A stretch of 29,764 bases of DNA. It comes from a virus. Taxonomy: Duplodnaviria; Caudoviricetes. The DNA is taken from IMG/VR virus record IMGVR_UViG_3300035701_000195, positions 1 through 29,764 of that record. One strand, 5' to 3'. Under the pieces are notes generated by a model. The model saw only the letters and a program-made list of their open reading frames with translations, was not told the origin of the DNA and made no database searches. The translations under genes and the position numbers were made by a program. Positions 1 to 7,847 of the stretch are shown here, one piece after another; position 1 is the first letter of the stretch, and each line of letters opens with the position of its first letter.

Positions 1-383
1 GCCGCATCATATCGTTTGAGATGTAGGTGCTTTGCAGCATCCACGGAGCAATCGGCATCGAGAACGAAATAATAGGTCGTGCCGGATTCAAGAAAGGGCG
101 TCTCTTTATCAAGAGTAAATTCGGCGACAGCGAGGTCGGGCGTATAATCGCCGGGATCCAGCGTTTCCGTATCTGTCCGAACCTCGTCAAGCGAATGAAT
201 GGCGTGATCCGCTATCTTGTAAACATGGTCAACCGTATCAATGCAGACGGGAACAACATCGTGAAGATCGCCATAAGCGATGGGGATCGGTGCGCCGTCG
301 GCCCGTTCCTCAAGGTTCGGATAATTCGGTGCAACGCCCGCCGCCCATTTATATCGAGTCTTAGGCAGTTTGATATTGAGCAT
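1..383 (-). CDS. Tail tip/hub-like protein, N-terminal part (runs off the window; not in the ORF track)
   Basis: ATG at 383, 2 nt after the stop of 386..1093, with an open frame to the window edge: MLNIKLPKTRYKW...ADGAPIPIAYGDLHDVVPVCIDT. The G-x-x-IP-x-x-YG motif is typical of siphophage tail-tip proteins, and the gene lies downstream of the TMP. Confidence 0.65.
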   Translation of the reverse strand, partial: MLNIKLPKTRYKWAAGVAPNYPNLEERADGAPIPIAYGDLHDVVPVCIDTVDHVYKIADHAIHSLDEVRTDTETLDPGDYTPDLAVAEFTLDKETPFLESGTTYYFVLDADCSVDAAKHLHLKRYDA

Positions 384-385
384 GA

Positions 386-1093
386 TTATTCCTGGAACCG
401 CCGCGGGTCTTCCGTATCGAATACGACCGTCCCATCCGTCCATGTCCATCCGCCCGTATAACCGTCGAATAGTTTGATATAATCTGCATAAGCATCGCCG
501 CAGCGCCCGAACCTGATGACCATGCGTTTGCCCTCATAGACATAATCAGCAAGTCGGGAGTCCCAGTAACCACCGGGATTTAATGCAACTACAGAACCGA
601 AACTCTGTGCGATTCCACCTTCCGAGAACGGTGTCGCCTCGAAGGAAAGATCGGCAATGGAAGACGGGTCGAGGAGCGGACGATAAGGATGACTTATGGT
701 ATCAACCAATAGATCCACGAGATCAACCTGGCGGTCGGCCAGTCGTTCCCAGAAATAGGAATTGATATAGAACAAGCCGCTTCCTACACCCGGGTCTGCC
801 GCCGTTGATGTGTGGACATAAAGTCGGGCCTGCGCCGCATCCCAATACCAGGATTTAGCCGTTGAATTACATGTTGTAAGATCGGCAACGTCCGGAGTAT
901 AGGTCACGAAAAGGCCCGTTGATTTCAGACATTCGCGGACCCGGGACGGCTTACCCTCGGGGTGTGCTATATAATAACAGTTCGTATAAGTGACAAGGAC
1001 ATGAGTCCATGTCTCACCCTCAAGCCTCCTGGCCGGCTCAATTTGCGCAAGCCAGACGAGATATTGAGTCGTGAGCGCCGGATTGAAGGTCAT
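386..1093 (-). CDS. Putative tail tip/baseplate protein (235 aa)
   Basis: Second gene after the TMP, coupled to the upstream gene by a TGATG overlap. Beta-rich; the C-terminal YIKLFDGYTGGWTWTDGTVVFDTED resembles hub-type domains. Confidence 0.55.
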   Translation of the reverse strand: MTFNPALTTQYLVWLAQIEPARRLEGETWTHVLVTYTNCYYIAHPEGKPSRVRECLKSTGLFVTYTPDVADLTTCNSTAKSWYWDAAQARLYVHTSTAADPGVGSGLFYINSYFWERLADRQVDLVDLLVDTISHPYRPLLDPSSIADLSFEATPFSEGGIAQSFGSVVALNPGGYWDSRLADYVYEGKRMVIRFGRCGDAYADYIKLFDGYTGGWTWTDGTVVFDTEDPRRFQE

Positions 1094-1854
1094 CAGCGGG
1101 CCTCCTCGATGGAGAAGTCCATGTCATAGGCAAACCCCACGCCCGTCGGATCATAGAACAGGAAATTGAAATTGAACGGACTGGTGTTCCGGGCATAACG
1201 CGTCGATGCGGAATCATAGACATTCTCGACAATGAAATATGGGTTTGAGAATCCCACCTCTGCAAAGATCGTCTCAAATGTATCCTTGTCCGATTCCGGG
1301 ATGAAGGTGAATTGATAGGTCCATGCCTTATAATGCGTCCGAGCGGCAACCGAAAGTTGACCGCCGACGGAAATCCCAATCTCGGAGGGATCGGTAATCT
1401 GCATGGAATAAGACGACACATCATAAGTCGGCGAGAAGTAATCGCCCAAGAAAATGCGGCCGACCTTGATATAATGATCCGTACTGGCGGGTTCGGTAAT
1501 GGTGATCTTCCAATATTGGTGATTGGCTGCGGTCCAGAAAAAAGTCATAGTCTCGGCGACCGACATGTGGATTTCGTCTATTGTTTCATAGGCCGTCGAT
1601 GCTCCGGCCTGAATGCGGATGGATGCGCCCGTCGTGAAATTGTGGCCTTTGATGACGAGGGCCTTAATGACGGGGGATGCCGCTCCGACGTTAATGGTAA
1701 TCCATTCAATCGTATCGCCTATCGAGCGCCATGCGAAGGTCGGCCATTCATTTTGGATGTTCTCGACGGGATAATCCGTCGCCTCGGTCGATGCATCGAG
1801 CGTCGCATCGTCGAAAAGGTTATTCCATAAAAAACGGGTGTGCTGTAGTGACAT
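1093..1854 (-). CDS. Putative distal tail (Dit-like) protein with an N-terminal galactose-binding/discoidin-like domain (253 aa)
   Basis: Immediately downstream of the TMP. The N-terminal YPVENIQ...WRS...GHNFT...HQYWKITI pattern is discoidin-like. Confidence 0.6.
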   Translation of the reverse strand: MSLQHTRFLWNNLFDDATLDASTEATDYPVENIQNEWPTFAWRSIGDTIEWITINVGAASPVIKALVIKGHNFTTGASIRIQAGASTAYETIDEIHMSVAETMTFFWTAANHQYWKITITEPASTDHYIKVGRIFLGDYFSPTYDVSSYSMQITDPSEIGISVGGQLSVAARTHYKAWTYQFTFIPESDKDTFETIFAEVGFSNPYFIVENVYDSASTRYARNTSPFNFNFLFYDPTGVGFAYDMDFSIEEAR

Positions 1855-1858
1855 TGTG

Positions 1859-4800
1859 TTATCCCCCTACTGCGCCCGTAGGCACGTGGAAATCATTATG
1901 GTCAAACATCCGTTGTAGAATAGGTCTTGCGTCCCGTCTCAAGAATGTTTCTATTCCGGCGCGGTCAATGGCATTGACGTTGAACGTGAGATTAACGGAA
2001 CGACTACGACCGCTCGCGGCCGGGGCCGCATCCGCCCGATAATCCCGAAGCGGCATGATGATCTCGGGCTCGTGCTCGGCAATGCGGGCAAGTCGCGGAG
2101 TCCATGCAATGCCGCCCTCGGCGTATCCGCCCCGGCGGGGGAACCTGCCTCTACCGCCGCCCGCGTCATCGTCGCCGAACAATTTGGAAAGATCAGGAAG
2201 GGTCGCTTTAATCTTTATCTTCCAGTCGACCTTAGAAATCTTTTTACCAAGTTTTTCAATTTCGCCCCAGATATCGTCAAGGGTATCTATAACCGGATTA
2301 CCCATGGCCTTTTGAGAATTATCCCCCACTTTCTTCATTGCATCCGTTGTCTTACGGAAAGCATCGGGAATCTCTTTTTCAAGTTCCCCTTGAATTCCCT
2401 TGAGGGATGTTTTGACCGGGACGCCCATGTTCTTCTCGGCTCCCGCACCTACCTTCTTCATCGTATCCAACCCCTTCAATAAATCCGGGGTCAGTTCGCC
2501 CATAATAACTTGACCGATGCCGCCGACGGTTTTCTTGAAAGGAACCCCCAATAAAGTTTCAGCACCGTCTCCGAATTTTTTCAGCGCACTTTCCGTGGTT
2601 GTAACCGCTGCGGCAAGTGTATTCGTAATAGTTTGCCCGATGCCCACAAAAACCGTTCCAATTTCCGCTCCATATCCATTACCAACCGCTCCAATTTCCG
2701 CTCCATACTCATCACCGCCCCCGCGAGGGTTCCCGCGACCGCCCCCACCCTTGCCGCCCCCGCCACCATCCCCATCCACCCAATCCCAAGCTTTTCTTGC
2801 ACGCTCTCCCGCATCTTCCCAACTATTGCCGGCGGCATCGCCCTCATCCGAAAAATCTTCGGCAATTCCATAGACCTTGCAAAAAAGCTTATACATTTTA
2901 TCGAGAGTCGTGTTGACGTCGCCCATTAATGTGTTAACGGAACTTAACGTGTCGCCTATATCAACCTTATCTTTAACAAGTCCCGCTTTCTTTGCCTGCT
3001 CAATAAGCGCTAATGTGTTTTCATCCAGGGTAATGCCGTAAGCCTTGGAATAGTCATATATCTCTTGGAGTGTCGGCGCCATTGCGCGGAGCGCATCTTC
3101 GGAAGACATACCGGCCTTCTGGAGTTTGGCATAATAATCGCCGGCATTGGTTGCAATGGCCTTGAGGGCTTCGGCAGTCATAAATCCCGAATTTCCCAGA
3201 GCCTCAAGGATGGTCTTATTGGCCTGGATGGAGTCGAAAAGTTTTTTATTTTTATCCGCGATGCCCGCGAGATCGAGTAATTTCTTGAGGGCCGGATCCG
3301 CCGCAAGTCCAAGTTCCTTATATTTGTCCCGGAGCGCAGCCAACGGTTCCTTCATGGCCCGGAGTGCATCAAAGAACGACATGCCCGAGGCAGTCATTGC
3401 ATTGAAAGATGTTAATGCGATCGTCCCGAGATTCTTTACGGCTGTCGCGCTCTTGCCGACACCGGCTATCAACGCTGAAAGGGCATTGGGAATAGTGCTT
3501 AATTGTTCCTGTTGATATGCCTGGAGGGCCTTGGATTCTTTTCCGGCTTCGCGCATCTGTTTGATAAGATCGATAAAAGCCTTACTGCCCTCTGCGCCAA
3601 ATTCTTTTGCGGTGCTTATCAGTGTTTCCCAAACGCTATTGAGTGATTGACCTTCTTTGAAAATACCCTTCATGCCGTCCCTAACGGCTTGGAGGGCCGT
3701 ATCCATCTCTATGCCAAAGCCCGATCCTATCGCGGGACCGGTTGGAATAGCGGGACCGGTTGGAACCCGGAGCATCGACGATGATATGATATTTCCGATA
3801 ATTTTCCCGGCCTTGCGGGCTTCCTCTATCATGTGATCGAAATAGGCATCGACTTCTCTGTTTTCTTTCTGCGCATCGAACCAGTCGATCGCGGAAGTGA
3901 TGAAGTAAGCGGCAGTGAAAGCCGCGCCTATCGAGATCGCCAGACCAGCGAGTCCCGCTCCGGCTTCCTTCGCACCCGTTGTGATGCTCGAAAAAAAGTC
4001 CTTAAATTTCTTCGTCAGAATGCCGCCGATGTATGTACTTACGGCATTAACTATGCCCTGCAGGAGTGAATTGAAAAAGTTTTTGAAATTCAATCCATCC
4101 TTGATGATGGTGGCGAATGCCTCGCCGAAAGCCTTGGCCATCCCATCGGCAACTGAGTTTGAGAGAGGCGCGATTTCGCCTATTTTTTTCATACTTATAC
4201 CGAAACAGGCATTCACGTCCGAGACTATATTCCATAGTTTAGTTCTGAATTCAGATGCGGTAATCCCCATCTGCCTTGCCAGTGCATTGAGTACCCGATT
4301 AAAAGCAGAAGCCGCTCCGCCGGCCTCATCAAAAGAGGCGGGAGCCGCCGCCATGATCAGCGACATGTCCCGGGCCGCCGGGATGAATGTATTTGTCAGT
4401 TCACCGGCAAATCCCTGCATCACGTCGCGGACAAATTCAGCCCCGCGACCCAGGGGGATGATTGTTTCGGTCAATGTTCGGGTCTCGGTACTCGCGCCAT
4501 AAAGACTTTCTTTCAGGGACGTGATCTTATCTTCAAGCGCCTTGATAGATCCGGGCGTCCGCTCAACCGAGGTCTTCAAGAGCTTGAGCGCTGCCTCGGC
4601 ATTCGCCAGTTCCGCCGTGAGTTCGGTCTTAGTCTTGACGCCGAGTGCCTTGAGCGTATCCCCAAGTGCGCTGGCTCCGCCCGACATGTCTTTTGTCAGA
4701 CCCAGCCATGCAACACCTTTGTCGATCCAGGAAAGGATGGTTTCCTTATTGGCCGCGAGAATGGCGTCCGTTGCCTTGACCGAAGCGCTCCATTCGTTCC

Positions 4801-6043
4801 AGACCTTCGGCCCCTGTTCCATCGTCTGCTGGATGGCATCCATCGTCGGCTTGAGAACTTGGAGTGAAGCGGCGAATGCTACGGCCTCAGCCTTGGCCGC
4901 CGCCATTCTTTGATCCATGTCGGTCTTGAATGGCCGGGTCATCCATGAGCCGCTTATGATGTCATTGGCTTCCTTGACGGCCTGCGCCCAGGTCCGGATT
5001 GTATCGGTCATCGCCCCAATAACAGCCGTAACCTTTTCTATAATCGTATCGCCGGGCGCGATGGCTATCAGTAGGGCAATGATGCCAGCAGTTGCCAGGC
5101 CAACGGGAGATATAAGTGCCGTAAAACCGCCTTGAAGCAACGTGAGTGCCGCCTTGAGCGGAACGATATTTTTCAGGATTGTTGCAAGGCCAATGATGGT
5201 GGGTCCAAGAATGCTCAAGAATGCACCTACGCCAAGAGCAACTTTACTCAACCCACTCACCAATCCAGGGTGTTCTTTTGCCCAGGCCGTGACATTGGCA
5301 ATGACCCCAGCAATCTTTGTTGCCAAATCGGTCAGCATCGGGATTAGTGCATTGCCGATAGTCCTGGTCAAACCCCCCGTTGCAGCTTGCATTTCAACCA
5401 GGGCATCATTAAAGGCGTCTCCCGCTTTCGCCTCTTCGAGGGTAACGATCCCGAACTTTTTCATTCGGTCGATATTTTCTTCGAGTCCCTTGCGCCCGAG
5501 ATTAAGCATGGGGATGAGGTCCATTCCCGATTTACCGAAAAGCTTCATGGCAAGTGCGTTCTTCTCGGCACCATCCCCCATCTGGGCGAATCTATCAGCG
5601 ACATCAAGCATGACTTGATCGAGTGGTCGAAGATTTCCCACGTCGTCGGTCGCGGATGCCCCAACGGCAATAAAGGCTTCCTTGGCTTCTTTGCCTCCGG
5701 ATGCCGCCTCGAACATTACGCGGGACAGCCCCTTCATGCCGATAGCGAATCCTTCGATGGATGTCCCACTTTTATCGGCTGCGAGTTTGAAGGATGAAAG
5801 GGTCTCTACGGCGATACCCGTCCTTTGGCTGAGATCATAGAATTTATCGCCGAGGTTCGCGGTCTTGGCAATAACGAGGCCGATCGAACCCGTGATGGCT
5901 GCGCCCGCGATGGTTAATCGCTTGCCGATGTCCTGGAATTTTTCGCCGACCTTGACCATCGCCTTCTCGGCGGCAGACATGTTCCGCTCGAAGTCGTCGA
6001 TTTTTGCGCCGATCTTAATCCAGATATTTCCGATCTCGCCCAT
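1859..6043 (-). CDS. Tail tape measure protein (1394 aa)
   Basis: Longest ORF, directly after the tail chaperone, with Ala/Gly/Lys-rich helical composition. Motifs: DLSQRTGI, AMKLFGKSG, hydrophobic segments, and C-terminal GYAEGGI...AEHEPEIIMPL. Confidence 0.95.
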   Translation of the reverse strand: MGEIGNIWIKIGAKIDDFERNMSAAEKAMVKVGEKFQDIGKRLTIAGAAITGSIGLVIAKTANLGDKFYDLSQRTGIAVETLSSFKLAADKSGTSIEGFAIGMKGLSRVMFEAASGGKEAKEAFIAVGASATDDVGNLRPLDQVMLDVADRFAQMGDGAEKNALAMKLFGKSGMDLIPMLNLGRKGLEENIDRMKKFGIVTLEEAKAGDAFNDALVEMQAATGGLTRTIGNALIPMLTDLATKIAGVIANVTAWAKEHPGLVSGLSKVALGVGAFLSILGPTIIGLATILKNIVPLKAALTLLQGGFTALISPVGLATAGIIALLIAIAPGDTIIEKVTAVIGAMTDTIRTWAQAVKEANDIISGSWMTRPFKTDMDQRMAAAKAEAVAFAASLQVLKPTMDAIQQTMEQGPKVWNEWSASVKATDAILAANKETILSWIDKGVAWLGLTKDMSGGASALGDTLKALGVKTKTELTAELANAEAALKLLKTSVERTPGSIKALEDKITSLKESLYGASTETRTLTETIIPLGRGAEFVRDVMQGFAGELTNTFIPAARDMSLIMAAAPASFDEAGGAASAFNRVLNALARQMGITASEFRTKLWNIVSDVNACFGISMKKIGEIAPLSNSVADGMAKAFGEAFATIIKDGLNFKNFFNSLLQGIVNAVSTYIGGILTKKFKDFFSSITTGAKEAGAGLAGLAISIGAAFTAAYFITSAIDWFDAQKENREVDAYFDHMIEEARKAGKIIGNIISSSMLRVPTGPAIPTGPAIGSGFGIEMDTALQAVRDGMKGIFKEGQSLNSVWETLISTAKEFGAEGSKAFIDLIKQMREAGKESKALQAYQQEQLSTIPNALSALIAGVGKSATAVKNLGTIALTSFNAMTASGMSFFDALRAMKEPLAALRDKYKELGLAADPALKKLLDLAGIADKNKKLFDSIQANKTILEALGNSGFMTAEALKAIATNAGDYYAKLQKAGMSSEDALRAMAPTLQEIYDYSKAYGITLDENTLALIEQAKKAGLVKDKVDIGDTLSSVNTLMGDVNTTLDKMYKLFCKVYGIAEDFSDEGDAAGNSWEDAGERARKAWDWVDGDGGGGGKGGGGRGNPRGGGDEYGAEIGAVGNGYGAEIGTVFVGIGQTITNTLAAAVTTTESALKKFGDGAETLLGVPFKKTVGGIGQVIMGELTPDLLKGLDTMKKVGAGAEKNMGVPVKTSLKGIQGELEKEIPDAFRKTTDAMKKVGDNSQKAMGNPVIDTLDDIWGEIEKLGKKISKVDWKIKIKATLPDLSKLFGDDDAGGGRGRFPRRGGYAEGGIAWTPRLARIAEHEPEIIMPLRDYRADAAPAASGRSRSVNLTFNVNAIDRAGIETFLRRDARPILQRMFDHNDFHVPTGAVGG
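2219..2587 (-). repeat. Three ~41-aa imperfect repeats in the TMP C-terminal region
   Basis: ALKKFGDGAETLLGVP / TMKKVGAGAEKNMGVP / AMKKVGDNSQKAMGNP recur at 41-residue spacing. Confidence 0.75.
2657..2707. repeat. Direct repeat within the TMP (YGAEIG x2)
   Basis: tccaatttccgctccata at 2657-2674 and 2690-2707. Confidence 0.85.
3732..3765. repeat. 18-nt-period tandem duplication within the TMP (PTGPAI x2)
   Basis: gcgggaccggttggaa at 3732-3747 and 3750-3765. Confidence 0.85.
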
Positions 6044-6044
6044 A

Positions 6045-6470
6045 TTAACCCTCAGTCAAATTCCGGACAGACTCATCCTTGAGTTTTTCCCAGAATTTTG
6101 ACTTGTGAATTTTTGCCGTTTCCATTGCCTGTCGTTTCCTATGTTCGATATCAGCCGGCGGCGGCCCCGGCTTAACCTTGTCGTCATCCTCAAACCGGAT
6201 TAGGTCTTTGGCTCTTACCGGCCTTCGAACGCTCTTCCCGGAGATGTTCATGGTCTCAGCTGCCAAGAATGCGAATCGCCGCCACATCTCCTTCTCACGC
6301 ACAAACTCGCGCTCGCCTACGGCATCAGCCATGAGGCAGAGTTCTCCCGGCGTCAAATCAAAGAATTCCCAGGGTTTGAGACCTAGGGCGTAGGCTGTTC
6401 TTTCGCTTGCTCTGAGGAAGCCGGGTCCGTCGAGGGGCTTGTCTCCGTCACCGGCTTTTCGGCGTTTTTT
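6045..6470 (-). CDS. Tail assembly chaperone C-terminal (gpT-like) extension, reached by -1 frameshift
   Basis: The -1 frame is open from the slippery site: KRRKAGDGDKPLDGPGFLRASERTAYALGLKPWEFFDLTPGEL..., continuous with track ORF 6045..6356. LGLxPxEFxxLTPxE is a typical gpT motif. Confidence 0.85.
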   Translation of the reverse strand, partial: KKRRKAGDGDKPLDGPGFLRASERTAYALGLKPWEFFDLTPGELCLMADAVGEREFVREKEMWRRFAFLAAETMNISGKSVRRPVRAKDLIRFEDDDKVKPGPPPADIEHRKRQAMETAKIHKSKFWEKLKDESVRNLTEG

Positions 6471-6796
6471 AGTTCTCCGCCGGACTTGAAGGACAGCGCC
6501 AAAGCTTTGAGGACGGCATTAGTAATTTCATCAAGTTTGCTGAATTCGATGAGATCCCCGGCATCTTCGATGGTCAACATTTCGTCCTCGTGGATAAGTC
6601 CTGCCCAAAGGATTGCCCGGATGGTTTTGAGCATCTCCGGTCCCCCGGCGGTAGTTATCGTGGTCTGCGCGTTCATGATATCGACCCCGAGTTTCTCGAC
6701 CAGCGTATTAAGCGCATTAAACCCGAGGTAGACATGCCGTGGCTTACCATCAAGCAGGGTAATCGGAACGGACCTTGCTTCTACGTGCGGTTTCAT
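6383..6796 (-). CDS. Tail assembly chaperone (gpG-like, 137 aa)
   Basis: Lies between the tail tube and TMP. FNALxxLxEKLG and IRAILWAGLIH..LTIEDAGDLI motifs; RBS taaggag. Confidence 0.9.
   Translation of the reverse strand: MKPHVEARSVPITLLDGKPRHVYLGFNALNTLVEKLGVDIMNAQTTITTAGGPEMLKTIRAILWAGLIHEDEMLTIEDAGDLIEFSKLDEITNAVLKALALSFKSGGELKNAEKPVTETSPSTDPASSEQAKEQPTP
6464..6470 (-). other. Programmed -1 frameshift slippery heptamer A AAA AAC
   Basis: Minus strand reads cta aaa aac, which is the correct X XXY YYZ phasing in the TAC reading frame. Confidence 0.85.
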
Positions 6797-6810
6797 AAAA
6801 TCTCCTTACG

Positions 6811-6851
6811 AAAAGATTAAAAAGTGGGGGGCATCCCCGCGGACGCCCCCC
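6811..6851 (-). terminator. Intrinsic terminator-like hairpin after the tail tube gene
   Basis: GGGGGGCGUCC-GCGG-GGAUGCCCCCC (11-bp stem) followed by ACUUUUUAAUCUUUU. Confidence 0.7.
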
Positions 6852-6888
6852 GAGGGAGAAAGGAGGAAGGAAGAAAAAAGGAGGAATT

Positions 6889-7290
6889 TCAGCTTACGGA
6901 AGGTGTGAGTGCACCCCTGCCCTTGAGTGATCCGGAAATGGTCAACGCTTCTTCGGCCGGACCTTCGTAGTCCATCGACTCCAGAACAGCACTGCCTATG
7001 AAGGTCGCGCCGTCGGGCATCGTGATGATAATGTCCAAGTCAGCTGGGATGCCGGTGAGGAAGTGGGCCTGGAGAGCACGCTTGGCAACATCATTATAGA
7101 TGTACATGCCGTTAAAATCGATAGACCATTCCTTGCGGCCCTGGAGGAATTCGCCCCAATTGTCTGAGTCCTTCGATGTTACGTCAATCGAGGCCCCCGC
7201 GAAATGCAGGGCAAAGGACTGGTTCTCCGCCATCAGGTCGCCCTCTATAGAGAGGGTCATGAGTTTGCCGGTTACAGCGGCTGTAGTCAT
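6889..7290 (-). CDS. Tail tube (major tail) protein (133 aa)
   Basis: IDVTSKDSDNWGEFLQGRKEWSIDFNG and TISGSLKGRGAL motifs of TP901-1-like tube proteins; RBS aaggag. Confidence 0.92.
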   Translation of the reverse strand: MTTAAVTGKLMTLSIEGDLMAENQSFALHFAGASIDVTSKDSDNWGEFLQGRKEWSIDFNGMYIYNDVAKRALQAHFLTGIPADLDIIITMPDGATFIGSAVLESMDYEGPAEEALTISGSLKGRGALTPSVS

Positions 7291-7366
7291 AATAAACTCC
7301 TTTGAAGTTTTTGTTTTTATTTCCCCGTTCCGCGTGAGAAAAGATTCGCGGTTCCGGGTAAGATGA

Positions 7367-7386
7367 ACAGACTAAATTAAGTCTGT
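7367..7386. promoter_or_regulatory. Near-perfect 20-bp palindrome (possible operator or hairpin) upstream of the tail tube gene
   Basis: acagactaaattaagtctgt in an AT-rich 122-bp intergenic region. Confidence 0.4.
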
Positions 7387-7412
7387 GATATGTTTTTTAA
7401 TTAAGCCCCGAT

Positions 7413-7838
7413 TCAACTCGGAGCCATAATGAATCGGAATCTCATAACGCCATGCCTTACGAGATGCGTCGGCACGGAATCATCAATGAAGAGTTCCGAC
7501 ATATCGAGGAATGCGATGAACGGCGCAAAATATCCGAGCACGGCAAGGTCCGTTCCGAGGACGGCCTGGACGATATTGTCCATATACTGGGAGGCTTGCT
7601 TATCGCCTTTGGTCGCGCTCCAGACATGGACGGTGATGGTATTGTCTTCAACCTGCGTGTCTTTTGTCGTGAATGATATGGACCGGATGCCTATCGGAGA
7701 ACCGAAGGATACATACGGCATGACGGCACTTTTGGGAACGTAGTCATAGATCGTATAAGTGCTGGTTAAAGCATGGGTCGTGAGCCGGGTATAGATCGAC
7801 TGCATTAACGGCTGGAATCCGAGCCTTCGTGTTGCCAT
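7413..7838 (-). CDS. Tail terminator/completion protein (DUF3168/SPP1 gp17-like, 141 aa)
   Basis: IYDYVP..A.MPYVSFG, TVHVWS...G and RHGVMRFRF motifs; directly upstream of the tail tube gene. Confidence 0.88.
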   Translation of the reverse strand: MATRRLGFQPLMQSIYTRLTTHALTSTYTIYDYVPKSAVMPYVSFGSPIGIRSISFTTKDTQVEDNTITVHVWSATKGDKQASQYMDNIVQAVLGTDLAVLGYFAPFIAFLDMSELFIDDSVPTHLVRHGVMRFRFIMAPS

Positions 7839-7847
7839 ATCGAACTC

